64,000 nt of DNA from an uncultured Gemmatimonadales bacterium. Lineage in GTDB: Bacteria > Gemmatimonadota > Gemmatimonadetes > Gemmatimonadales > Gemmatimonadaceae. The notes under the pieces were generated by a model. That model was not told the DNA's origin. It saw only the letters and a program-made list of their open reading frames with translations, and searched no databases. Where the stretch lies: the NCBI GenBank assembly GCA_963851265.1, contig CAWKNZ010000002.1, forward strand, positions 1,504,001-1,568,000. Reading direction: 5' to 3'. This document shows, in pieces, positions 40,652 to 49,413 of this stretch. A program made the translations under genes and the position numbers. The stretch's first letter is position 1. Each line of letters begins with the position of its first letter.

Positions 40652-42771
40652 CAGGGCTGCCGGTAGAGCGTGACCACCGCGCCGGCCGCCGCGAGCGCGC
40701 CGGCCGCGGGGACCGTGCGCAACGCCGCGCGCCCGAGTGTGCGCGCCGCGCCCGGGACCGCGCCCGGCATCCCCGGCGCGACCCGTGCGTCGAAGCCGGC
40801 GCGCTCCAGCGCGAACAGCGCGTCCCGGAGCGGAAGCCCATGTACCGGCGGTACGGTCCGCGGCGGCGCGGCGAATGCGGTCGTGTCGTGCGACGCGACT
40901 CGCGCCGTGCGCGCGGGCAGGTCGAGCACCACGCGGACGGGCGCGGGATCGACCGCCGGCGCGTCGGCGTCGCGCCGCAACTCGGCCGGTACGAGCGTCG
41001 TCGGCGCGGGCGCGGCCGAGTCGCGCACAGCCGTCGCCTTCGCATCCGTCACGGTCCACGGACGCGCCGGCGTCGGGTGAGGGCGGTACGCCTCGCGCGC
41101 GCGCGGCAGCACGTCGGGCGCGAGCGACGCGCGGTCGAGCGCCGCGTCGCGAGCCGCCAGCGCGGCTTCGAGCACGACCTTCGACACAGGCGCCGCCGTC
41201 TTCCCCCCGAAATACACGCCCGCCGGGTTATCGAGCTTCACGACAATCACGAACTGCGGCGACTCGACGGGGAAGATCCCGGCGAACACCGCGTTGTAGT
41301 GGCCGGCCGCGTACCCCACCCCGCGTTCGATGCGTCGCACCGTGCCGCTCTTCCCGCCTAACGCAAAGCTCTTCAGGTCCGCGTCGGTCGCGGTGCCGCT
41401 GTCGACCACGCTCTTGAGCATCGCGCGTACGTCCGCCGCGACCGCGGGCGGCATCACGCGACGCACCACGCGCGGCCGGTGCCGGAACTCGACCGTCCCG
41501 TCCGCGTCGCGCACCTCACGCACGAGCGCCGGCTCGAGCAGTTCGCCGCCGTTCGCGATCGCGCCATACGCCGCGGCGAGCTGCAGGGGCGTCGCGGCGA
41601 TCTCGTAGCCCATTGCGAGCGACGCAGGGGACTGCTTGGTCCACTTGTCCGGCGCGCGCAGGGTCCCCGACGCCTCGGCCGGGTACGGCACGCCGGTCGG
41701 CGTCCCGAAACCGACGTCGCGCAGCGCCTCGTACTGTTCGTGAGGCGTGAGGCGGCTCGAGAACTTCACGATCCCGATGTTGCTCGAAAACCGGATCACG
41801 TCGCGCAACGTCAGCGCGGCCGCCTTGTGGATGTCGTGGATCGTGCGCCCGTTCGTGGTCCACGCGCCGTCCTCGGTGTTCACGACATCGTCGAGCCGGG
41901 CCTTGCCCAACCGTAACAGCGCCGCCGCCATGAACGGCTTCGCCGTCGACCCGGGCTCGAACGGCTCCGCGATCGTCGTCGCCGCGGTCGTGCGCGCGTC
42001 GGCCCGCTGACTCGCGAGCGCGAGCACCTCGCCCGTCTTCGGGTCGAGGACGACGATGTCGCCGCCCGACGCCGACATGCGGGACACCGCGTCGGCGAGC
42101 GCGCGCTCGCAGATGTCCTGCAGCGTCCAGTTGAGCGTGAGCGCGACCGTGCGCCCCGGGCGCGCGGCCACCGACTGCACGCTCGGCGACTCGAAGCGGC
42201 CGCCGCGCGCGTCGCGCAGCAGCAGCGCCGTCCCGCGTTCGCCGCGCAGCACGCTGTCCAGCGCGAGCTCGACGCCGTCGAGGGGCTCCCCCGAGGGATC
42301 CACGCGGCCGACGATCCGCCGCACTCCCTCGGTCGCGTTCGACAGCCGGTCGACGACGGGAACCGGGTGCACTCCGCGCAGCGCGGTGGCCGCGGCAGCG
42401 TCGCTCGGCAGGTAGCGCCCCGGCAACTCGACCCACGCGCGTCCCGTGTCGGCGGCGCGCGCCACCCAGGGCGCGGGAACGCCCGCGGCCGTGAGCGCCC
42501 GGCGCAGCGCGACGCGGTCCTGCACCTCGCGCGGCGCCACCCGCAGCTGCACCAGCTGACGGCTCTCGACGAGCACCCGCCCGCTCGCGTCGGTGACGGC
42601 GCCGCGCGGCGCGGGCAGCGACGCGTCGGCCACCTGCTGCCGCGCCGCGCTCGTCCGCCAGCGCTCGGCCTGGAACAGCTGCACCTGCGCGGCTTTGACG
42701 ACGATCGCGCCGACGAACAGGACGAGCGCGCCGTGGACCACGGCGGGGCGGTCGAATCGCGGAAGTCGCAC
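40651..42771 (-). CDS. ftsI: Class B penicillin-binding protein FtsI with C-terminal PASTA-like domain
   Basis: FEPGSTAK (SxxK), SSN and KSG motifs; PBP dimerisation domain; GTG near 42771. Confidence 0.92.
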   Translation of the reverse strand: MRLPRFDRPAVVHGALVLFVGAIVVKAAQVQLFQAERWRTSAARQQVADASLPAPRGAVTDASGRVLVESRQLVQLRVAPREVQDRVALRRALTAAGVPAPWVARAADTGRAWVELPGRYLPSDAAAATALRGVHPVPVVDRLSNATEGVRRIVGRVDPSGEPLDGVELALDSVLRGERGTALLLRDARGGRFESPSVQSVAARPGRTVALTLNWTLQDICERALADAVSRMSASGGDIVVLDPKTGEVLALASQRADARTTAATTIAEPFEPGSTAKPFMAAALLRLGKARLDDVVNTEDGAWTTNGRTIHDIHKAAALTLRDVIRFSSNIGIVKFSSRLTPHEQYEALRDVGFGTPTGVPYPAEASGTLRAPDKWTKQSPASLAMGYEIAATPLQLAAAYGAIANGGELLEPALVREVRDADGTVEFRHRPRVVRRVMPPAVAADVRAMLKSVVDSGTATDADLKSFALGGKSGTVRRIERGVGYAAGHYNAVFAGIFPVESPQFVIVVKLDNPAGVYFGGKTAAPVSKVVLEAALAARDAALDRASLAPDVLPRAREAYRPHPTPARPWTVTDAKATAVRDSAAPAPTTLVPAELRRDADAPAVDPAPVRVVLDLPARTARVASHDTTAFAAPPRTVPPVHGLPLRDALFALERAGFDARVAPGMPGAVPGAARTLGRAALRTVPAAGALAAAGAVVTLYRQP

Positions 42772-42793
42772 GGGACGTGAAATGCCTAACTGT

Positions 42794-43147
42794 CTAACGT
42801 GAGCCCGGCGCCGCCGCGCCGCCGCCCGCGCGCGAGACGAGCACGAGCTGCGTGTCGCTGGGCACGCGCATGCCGAGCCGCTCCTCCGCGACGCTGCCCA
42901 CGCGCGCCCGGGCCGCCGCGAGGCGCACGGCGGCGTCGAGCGACGCGCGCTCCGCGGCGAGCTGTCCCTCGCGCGCGACGAGCGTGCGGATCGCGCGCGC
43001 CCGCGCGATTCCGACGCTCCGCCGCCACACGGCCGAGGCGCCGACGACCACGAAGAAGAACAGCGCGAGCGCCACGATGGTGCGCCCCCGCCCGGGCCGC
43101 GGCGCACGCGACGACCCGCGCTCGCGCGCCGGCGCTCGGCGGCTCAC
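42794..43147 (-). CDS. ftsL: Cell division protein FtsL-like
   Basis: Basic N-terminus, single TM, coiled coil, AEERLGM; lies between rsmH and ftsI; GTG overlaps the rsmH stop. Confidence 0.75.
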   Translation of the reverse strand: MSRRAPARERGSSRAPRPGRGRTIVALALFFFVVVGASAVWRRSVGIARARAIRTLVAREGQLAAERASLDAAVRLAAARARVGSVAEERLGMRVPSDTQLVLVSRAGGGAAAPGSR

Positions 43148-44130
43148 GACGCGCGCTCCCACGCGCGCAGCTTCGCACTGCGCGCGCGCGGGTTGCGCGC
43201 GACCTCGGCCGCGTCCGGGACCGCGGCCTTACGCGTCACGAGCCGTCCGAGCGCCGCATGCCCGCAGTCGCACACCGGATGGCGTGGGGGACACACGCAC
43301 GCGGTGCTCCAGTCGCGGAACGCGTGCTTCACCGCGCGGTCCTCGCCCGAGTGGTAGGCGAGGACCGCCATCCGCCCGCCCGCGTGCAGCAGGTCGCGAA
43401 GCGCAGGCAGCGCACGCGCGAGCGAAGCCGCCTCGTCGTTGACGGCGATCCGCACGGCCTGGAAGAGCCGCGCGAAGTCGGCGGGCCCCGTGCGCGGCCC
43501 GAACGCGCCGCGAATGGCGCCGACGAGGTCGTCGCTCGTGGCCAGCGGCGCGCGCGCGCGTCGGCGGACGATCTCGCGCGCGAGACGCCCGGCACGCGGC
43601 TCGCCGCCGTGCTCGCGAAACATCGTCGCGAGCGTGTGCTCGTCCGCCTCGTTCAGCACCGTGGCCGCGTCGGCGCTCGCCGGCTCGGCCTCGCCGCCCA
43701 TCCGCATGTCGAGCGGCGCGCCCTGCCGAAACGAAAAGCCGCGCTCGGGCATGTCGATCTGGTGGGAGGAAATTCCGAGGTCGAGTAGAACGCCGTCGAG
43801 CGACTCCGTCGCGCCGAGCGACGCGAGCGCGTCCGCCGCGTCGGCGTAGTTCGCACGCGCGGTACGCAGGCGCCCCGATGCGGTCCATTCGTGCAGCCGC
43901 GCGGTCGCGGACGCCAAGGCGTCCGGATCGCGATCGAGCGCCACGACGCGACATCCGGCTTCGAGCAGGGCCAACGTGTGCCCTCCACCGCCGAGCGTGC
44001 CGTCGAGCACCAGCGGACCGGCCGCGGCCGCGGAGCGCGCAACCGATGGCGCGTCGGCCAACAATTGCACGATTTCGGACGCCATGACCGGCGCGTGATA
44101 CGGAGCGTCCCATCGTGCGCCGTCGTCCAT
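43144..44130 (-). CDS. rsmH: 16S rRNA (cytosine1402-N4)-methyltransferase
   Basis: HAPVM, DGTLGGGGH, LDLGISSHQID..RGFSF, PLDMRM, FQAVRIAVN, YHSGEDR and NPRARSAKLR. Confidence 0.96.
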   Translation of the reverse strand: MDDGARWDAPYHAPVMASEIVQLLADAPSVARSAAAAGPLVLDGTLGGGGHTLALLEAGCRVVALDRDPDALASATARLHEWTASGRLRTARANYADAADALASLGATESLDGVLLDLGISSHQIDMPERGFSFRQGAPLDMRMGGEAEPASADAATVLNEADEHTLATMFREHGGEPRAGRLAREIVRRRARAPLATSDDLVGAIRGAFGPRTGPADFARLFQAVRIAVNDEAASLARALPALRDLLHAGGRMAVLAYHSGEDRAVKHAFRDWSTACVCPPRHPVCDCGHAALGRLVTRKAAVPDAAEVARNPRARSAKLRAWERAS

Positions 44131-44140
44131 CGGGCCGGAG

Positions 44141-44169
44141 AAGGTACGCCCGCTGCCCCCGTCGAGCAA
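44141..44169 (-). promoter_or_regulatory. Promoter candidate heading the dcw cluster
   Basis: TTGCTC, 17-nt spacer, TACCTT, then 10 nt to the rsmH ATG. Confidence 0.45.
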
Positions 44170-44242
44170 CCACGCGTCGCTTGCCCGAGGCGTCGGACGT
44201 GGGTTGACACGGGTGAACGCGACCGCATCGGTCAGCGAACGA

Positions 44243-44277
44243 CGAACGCCCCCGCCCGTGATGGGCGGGGGCGTTCG
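44243..44277 (-). terminator. Perfect 15-bp stem-loop downstream of the TPR gene (probable terminator)
   Basis: CGAACGCCCCCGCCC-GTGAT-GGGCGGGGGCGTTCG; U-tract is weak. Confidence 0.65.
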
Positions 44278-44323
44278 CGCGTGCTACGGCGCGCGACCGC
44301 GCGGTCGACGACCGCCGGTCGAA

Positions 44324-46093
44324 CTACCGACCGCTACGTGCCGACGACGCGCTGCACTTCAGCGCGGCGCCGAGCTGGTCGGGATACGGCGAGTACTGCG
44401 CGAGCGCGGCGAGCGCCTGCTGCGCTCCTTGCGGGTTGACGCGACCGCCGGCCGGGAGGTTCAGCTGCGCGGCAGTGAACGCGGTGCGCGCGCCCGCCAC
44501 CGCCTCACAGCTCCGGTTCTTCTGCGCGTCCTGCAGCAGCTGGCCGCCAAGACCGAGCGAGGCCACACCGAGGAAGAACTGGCCGCGGTCGGTGCGGTTG
44601 GTCTTGTTCGCGAATTCGAGAATCGAGATCGCGCGCTGGTAGTCGGCGACGGACTTCGAAGCGCTCGCCGCCTGGTACGCACTCGCACCGAGGTTGACCG
44701 CAGCATCGCCGATCGTGCTCGCGCTGTCGCCGTTCGCCGCGGCTTGCTGGAGCGCCTTGAAGGCGTCGTCAGGCCGCTTGAGCTGCGTGTAGAGATTCGC
44801 CATCGCCGTGTAGAGCCCCGGCGTCTTCGGATTCGCCTGCGCGGTCCGGTTCAGCAGGTCGAGTGCCTGCTGCGTCTGCCCCGAAGCCGCGAGCGCGTCG
44901 GCGTAGTCGGAGAGCAGGCCACCGTTGTTCGGGTAACGCTTGACCGCCTCGGCGAGTAGCTGCGACGCTACCTGCGGCTGGCTGTCGATGCGCGCACCGA
45001 TCGCGACGCGCGAGTACAGGTCGGCGGTTGCGGACGTCGTGTCCTCCTTCGCCAGCTCCTGGAACGACGTCACCGCGCCCTTGTAGTCCTTCGCCGCGAG
45101 CTGCACGCGCGTCTGGAGCTGCAAGTAGCTGGGGTCGCCCGGGTTGTCGGTGACGAGCTGCTTCACGAGCGGAAGCGCGCTCGCGGCCTGCCCGTTCGCG
45201 GCGTACTCGTTGATGACCTGCTCACGCAGGCGCGTGTTCGTCGGGTCGGCGGCAACGAGGCGCAGCAGCACGTTGGTCGCCGAGTCACGCTGGCCGGCTG
45301 CCTGAAGCCCGGCGTACTGGATTCGCAGCGCCGGGAGGCTGTTCGCGTCCAGCGTGAGGATCTGACGTGCGACGCCCAGCGCGGAATCGTTGTAGGTCTT
45401 GACCCGCGCCGCCTTCGTCGTGTCCTGGTCGCGCTGCGCGACGTAGATGTTCGCCAGGCAGACGCGGGCGAGTGTCGACTTCGGGTACGCCGCGATGCCG
45501 CGCTGGGCGGCGGCTTCGGCCTCGGCGTACTTCTTGTCACGCGCGTTGTTGACGCAGTCGCGCTCCGCCGTGAACGCGCGCTGCGCGGCTTCGAACTCCC
45601 GCGAAATCTGCTGCGCGGCCTGATCGGGCTTGCCGACCTGATACGAGCCGAGCGGCTGCGTGAGCGAGTTGTCGCGGGTGAGCACCATCACCGCGTCGAC
45701 CCTCGTCTGTCCGCCCGCGTTGCTCACCGTTCCGGTGAGGTACTCGTCGGCGCGCAACTGCTGCGCGAGCGCACGCGCATCGTGTGGCGCCAGCGCTTCG
45801 TTAGTCGGGAAGCCCGAGGCCTCGAGATTCGCGTTGACGTCCGCCTTCGGCAGCACGTACAGCTGCTTCAGGTTGAAGTCGTTGATGAGCCGATCGCGGA
45901 CGGCGTCCGCCGCACGCACGCCCGAACTCTTGTCGGCGCTGCGGAACACCGCGACCATCACGCGCGGCGCATTGGCGTCCGGCGTCCCGCGCTGCTGTGC
46001 GCGTCCGGACGCAAGGGGAAGGAGAGCCGCGAGGGCGCCGAGCCCGGCGGCGGTCACTGCGGCTCGACGCGGCATTTTGATGCGACCGTTCAA
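44324..46093 (-). CDS. Secreted TPR-repeat protein with N-terminal alpha/beta (CsgG/TolB_N-like) domain
   Basis: GGAGG RBS 8 nt before TTG at 46093; signal peptide ending ..GRAQ; many TPR-like helical repeats. Confidence 0.75.
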   Translation of the reverse strand: MNGRIKMPRRAAVTAAGLGALAALLPLASGRAQQRGTPDANAPRVMVAVFRSADKSSGVRAADAVRDRLINDFNLKQLYVLPKADVNANLEASGFPTNEALAPHDARALAQQLRADEYLTGTVSNAGGQTRVDAVMVLTRDNSLTQPLGSYQVGKPDQAAQQISREFEAAQRAFTAERDCVNNARDKKYAEAEAAAQRGIAAYPKSTLARVCLANIYVAQRDQDTTKAARVKTYNDSALGVARQILTLDANSLPALRIQYAGLQAAGQRDSATNVLLRLVAADPTNTRLREQVINEYAANGQAASALPLVKQLVTDNPGDPSYLQLQTRVQLAAKDYKGAVTSFQELAKEDTTSATADLYSRVAIGARIDSQPQVASQLLAEAVKRYPNNGGLLSDYADALAASGQTQQALDLLNRTAQANPKTPGLYTAMANLYTQLKRPDDAFKALQQAAANGDSASTIGDAAVNLGASAYQAASASKSVADYQRAISILEFANKTNRTDRGQFFLGVASLGLGGQLLQDAQKNRSCEAVAGARTAFTAAQLNLPAGGRVNPQGAQQALAALAQYSPYPDQLGAALKCSASSARSGR

Positions 46094-46259
46094 AGGGGTA
46101 ACCTCCAGAGCGTTAAACATCCGTACCCATCATGCCCCTGCCCCGTTCCGGCGTCTCGCCACCAGATGGCGTGAGCCACAAACGCACGGCGCGGACCGAA
46201 CTCCCCGACGTTTCCAGGCACCCGGCGTGCCGCGCGATCGGCGTGCCGGTCCCGTGATG

Positions 46260-46333
46260 TGGGCGAAGAGGGACTCGAACCCCCGACATCCTGTGTGTAA
46301 GACAGGCGCTCTAACCAACTGAGCTATTCGCCC
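46260..46333 (-). tRNA. tRNA-Val (anticodon TAC), CCA not encoded
   Basis: GGGCGAATAGCTCAGTTGGTTAGAGCGCCTGTCTTACACACAGGATGTCGGGGGTTCGAGTCCCTCTTCGCCCA folds as a full cloverleaf; followed by CAT. Confidence 0.97.
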
Positions 46334-46396
46334 CGTGTGTCCTTCCGTCGTGTCAGCCGGCCGCGTGCCTCGGCAACCTCGCGCGCGTCGGCAGGG

Positions 46397-46567
46397 TCAG
46401 CGCAGGATCGCGAGGGGCACGAGCACGCAGTAGCCGAGCACGAGCAGGATCGGCGCGATCACGTCGCCACCCCGCGCCAGGTCGGCATAGCCGGCGATCA
46501 ACGCGACCGCCGCGAGCAGCCACCACCGATAGTCCTGGACGCGACGTGCGCGGTTGGTTTCGGTCAT
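46397..46567 (-). CDS. 56-aa two-TM small membrane protein (DUF3098-like; below the ORF-track cutoff)
   Basis: MTETNRARRVQDYRWWLLAAVALIAGYADLARGGDVIAPILLVLGYCVLVPLAILR*; strong promoter directly upstream. Confidence 0.75.
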   Translation of the reverse strand: MTETNRARRVQDYRWWLLAAVALIAGYADLARGGDVIAPILLVLGYCVLVPLAILR

Positions 46568-46575
46568 GGGTCGTC

Positions 46576-46604
46576 ACGTTAGATGCCGTGGGAGAGACTG
46601 TCAA
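46576..46604 (-). promoter_or_regulatory. Near-consensus sigma70 promoter for the small protein and tRNA-Val
   Basis: TTGACA, 17-nt spacer, TAACGT, then 8 nt to the ATG. Confidence 0.65.
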
Positions 46605-46653
46605 CGCGGCGGACCGTCCTCGCACGGCATTGCGCGTGCCGCGGCGACTCCCG

Positions 46654-47601
46654 TTACGGCGCGTCCAAAAATGCCGCGAGCGGATCCGCCGCCGCCTCGG
46701 CCGCTTTCGCCGCAGCGCGAGCGTCGTCCGCCGCGTCGGCCGCCCGCATCGCCGCGAGGCGAGCCTGGTCCCGCCGACGCCGCGCCAACCAGAATGGTGC
46801 GAACAGCACGAGGCTGACGGCCGTGACGAGCGACACGTTGGCGCCAACGGCGAGGGCGCCGTACCGCCGACGCGTCCGCGCGCGCCACGCGGCTTCGAAC
46901 TGCGTCGCGGTCATCCCGTACGCCGCGCGTACCGCCGCGTCGAATCGCCCCGTGGTTCGCCAGGCCGAGAATAGCCCGGCCAGCCCCCGCGCCGGGTCGA
47001 GCGCGGCGAGGTCCGCCACGGCGCGGTACGACAACGCGTAGGCATCCTGCGCGACGGCGCTTCCCTCCTCGAACAGCGCGTCGAGCGAATCGAGCGCCGG
47101 CACCCCTCGCGTGAGCAACGCGACGTTCGCCGCGAGCACCTCGTCGCGGCCCCATTCACCCGCCGCATAGCCGGCATAGCCCTCGTCGAACCAGCGCGGT
47201 GGCAGGTCGTCGAGCGCCTCGTGCAGCGCCACGTGTGCGAGCTCGTGGCGGAAGACGGCGCTCGGGTCGCCGGCGTCGGAGCCGGCACGCCGGCCCTGCA
47301 TGAGCACGCGACCGGTCGCCGGGAAGGCAAGTGCGCTCCCCCAATCGGGCGCGCTGGGCCCGCCCCACGCGCGGAAGTGCGCCGCGTCAGGAGCGATGAC
47401 GAGCACCACGTGCCGTACGGGACGCGGCAACCCCGGGAACGTGTCGTGCGCGACCGCGTCGGCGAGCAACGCCCGAGCGAGCGGCAGATCACCGGGAAAC
47501 GCGACGGCCGTGAACCGGCCGCGATCGACGCGAACGGCTCCCGAGAGTTCCGCGCTCGCCGCAGCCACGACGGGTTGCGCATGCAGGTTCGTCGCGAGCA
47601 C
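46654..47601 (-). CDS. Peptidase MA-like zinc metallohydrolase with C-terminal membrane anchor (start uncertain, coding frame extends to about 47640)
   Basis: FRHELAHVAL...PRWFDEGYA gluzincin-like motif; C-terminal TM followed by RRRRD. Confidence 0.8.
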   Translation of the reverse strand: MLATNLHAQPVVAAASAELSGAVRVDRGRFTAVAFPGDLPLARALLADAVAHDTFPGLPRPVRHVVLVIAPDAAHFRAWGGPSAPDWGSALAFPATGRVLMQGRRAGSDAGDPSAVFRHELAHVALHEALDDLPPRWFDEGYAGYAAGEWGRDEVLAANVALLTRGVPALDSLDALFEEGSAVAQDAYALSYRAVADLAALDPARGLAGLFSAWRTTGRFDAAVRAAYGMTATQFEAAWRARTRRRYGALAVGANVSLVTAVSLVLFAPFWLARRRRDQARLAAMRAADAADDARAAAKAAEAAADPLAAFLDAP

Positions 47602-47641
47602 GACACCCGCGAGGGCCGCCGCCCAGTGCGCAGCGATCGTG

Positions 47642-48547
47642 CTACGCGCCCGCCGCGACGGCGGCCTCGCTCGCGTCCAGCCGCTCGCGACAGCGCGCGG
47701 CCCAGGGACTGAACGTGCCCGAGGCGCCGATCCGCCACTCGACGCATGCCGCCTCGCGCGCGCCGGCGCGCCAAAGCGTGCACCCCAGCTCGTAGCGCGC
47801 CTCGACGAGGTTCGGCCCGAGCGCCAGCGCGCGGCGAAGAAATGCCGCCGAGTCGTCGTACATCTCGCGCCGTTGGTAGGCCACACCGAGATAGAACGTC
47901 GCGTACAGCGTCGCGCGACGGTCGTCGCCGTCGCGCACGACGCGCGAGAGGTGTTCGATCGCCTCGCCCACGATCTGCTTCGTGAGACACACGCGCCCGA
48001 CCGCCACCCGCGCGAGCGACGCGGCGGCGCCGCGCGCGTTGGCGACGAGGACGCGCTGCGCCGCCAGGAGCGCGTCGTCGGCGGCGCCGCGCGCGGCGCG
48101 CGCCCAAGCCACGAGGGCCACCGCCTCGAGCTCGTCGGGAGCGAGTGCGAGCGCGCGATCGAACGCCGCTTCGGCCGTCGCGAAATCTGCCGCGGCGAAC
48201 GCACTCCAGCCTTTCGCGAGGAACGTCGACGCGCCGAGGTGATCGCTGCGCGCGGACGTCGGCGCCGTCGCGATGGCGGCACCCCGTACGGCGACGGACG
48301 GCGAGGCGGCCGCGACATCGGGCAGCCGCTTCCACAGCTCCGGCAGCGCGCGCGCCGCGTCCGCGACCGCCTGCCACGCGTGTGCCTCGGCGTCCGCCAT
48401 GCGGATGAGCGCGACGATCTCGGCGCGCAGCTCCGCCCGCGCACTCGTGTCGAGGTCGCCATGCACGGCGTGCGCGGTCAGTCGTTCGCGCAACGCCTCG
48501 CACCGCCTGGCCGCGTCGCCACGGAGCCCGTCCGTCGAGTCGCTCAT
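47642..48547 (-). CDS. TPR-repeat protein with N-terminal helical domain
   Basis: TPR consensus such as FYLGVAY and EARYELG; ATG overlaps the cheR stop. Confidence 0.75.
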   Translation of the reverse strand: MSDSTDGLRGDAARRCEALRERLTAHAVHGDLDTSARAELRAEIVALIRMADAEAHAWQAVADAARALPELWKRLPDVAAASPSVAVRGAAIATAPTSARSDHLGASTFLAKGWSAFAAADFATAEAAFDRALALAPDELEAVALVAWARAARGAADDALLAAQRVLVANARGAAASLARVAVGRVCLTKQIVGEAIEHLSRVVRDGDDRRATLYATFYLGVAYQRREMYDDSAAFLRRALALGPNLVEARYELGCTLWRAGAREAACVEWRIGASGTFSPWAARCRERLDASEAAVAAGA

Positions 48548-49413
48548 ACGCGTCGGAAGATCCGCTCGCGATAGTCGACCGGCGTGTACTGCGCGCGCAC
48601 GCGGCCCAGCAGCGTCTCGACCTTGCCGAGGAACAGCGCCCCGCCGGGCGCGAGCACGTCGTGGAACCGCGCGAACAACTGCTCCTGCGAATCGCGGTCG
48701 AAGTAGATCACGACGTTGCGACAGATGATCAGGTCCCACGGCCCCGGTGGCGCGGTCCCGCGAAGCAGGTCGTGGTGCGCGAACCGCGTGATCGCGCGCA
48801 GTTCGGGGCGCACCGCGGCTGGCGAGCCCGGCGCGAAGTAGCGGTCGCGCAACGCGGGTGGCACCTCGTCGAATGCGGCGGGCCCATACACGCCTTCGCT
48901 CGCCGTCGCGAGACTCGCCCGGTCGACATCCGTCCCGACCACCTCGGCGCGGGCCGCCGCAAGTTCACCGTGCGCGGCAAACTCCGCATGCAACAGCGCC
49001 GCGACCGAGTACGCCTCCTCGCCCGTCGCGGTGCCCGCGCTCCACACCCGCACCGGTCGACCCGAGCCCGCGATCCGGGGGCGCACGACGCGTTCGAGCA
49101 GCACCTGCCACGCGTCCCAGTTCCGGAACAGCTTGGTGACGTTGATCGTGAGCGCGTCGATCAGGCGGTCGTACTCCGGCGTGTCGTCGTCGAGAACCCG
49201 CGCGTAGTCCGCGAACGTGTGCACGCCCACCGCGCGCATCCGCACCGCGATACGCCGGCGGAGACACCGCTGCTTGTAGCTGCTGCACTGAAACAAACGG
49301 TCGCGCTCGACCTTCCCGAGGAGCGCGTCAAAACCGGCCGGATCGTCGAGCGTGTCGTCGGGCGGAGCGAAGCGACCGGCGGGCGAGGAAAACTCGGACA
49401 CGCGCGGGGTCAC
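48544..49413 (-). CDS. cheR: CheR-family protein-glutamate O-methyltransferase
   Basis: YKQRCLRRRI, LTINVTKLFRN, VWSAGTATGEEAYS, GTDVD, DLIICRNVVIYFD and LAPGGALFLG. Confidence 0.9.
   Translation of the reverse strand: MTPRVSEFSSPAGRFAPPDDTLDDPAGFDALLGKVERDRLFQCSSYKQRCLRRRIAVRMRAVGVHTFADYARVLDDDTPEYDRLIDALTINVTKLFRNWDAWQVLLERVVRPRIAGSGRPVRVWSAGTATGEEAYSVAALLHAEFAAHGELAAARAEVVGTDVDRASLATASEGVYGPAAFDEVPPALRDRYFAPGSPAAVRPELRAITRFAHHDLLRGTAPPGPWDLIICRNVVIYFDRDSQEQLFARFHDVLAPGGALFLGKVETLLGRVRAQYTPVDYRERIFRRV

Noticed and set aside
46094..46333. tRNA-Val as an island or prophage integration site
   Set aside because: No integrase, no duplicated tRNA 3' end seen, and the flanking genes look native
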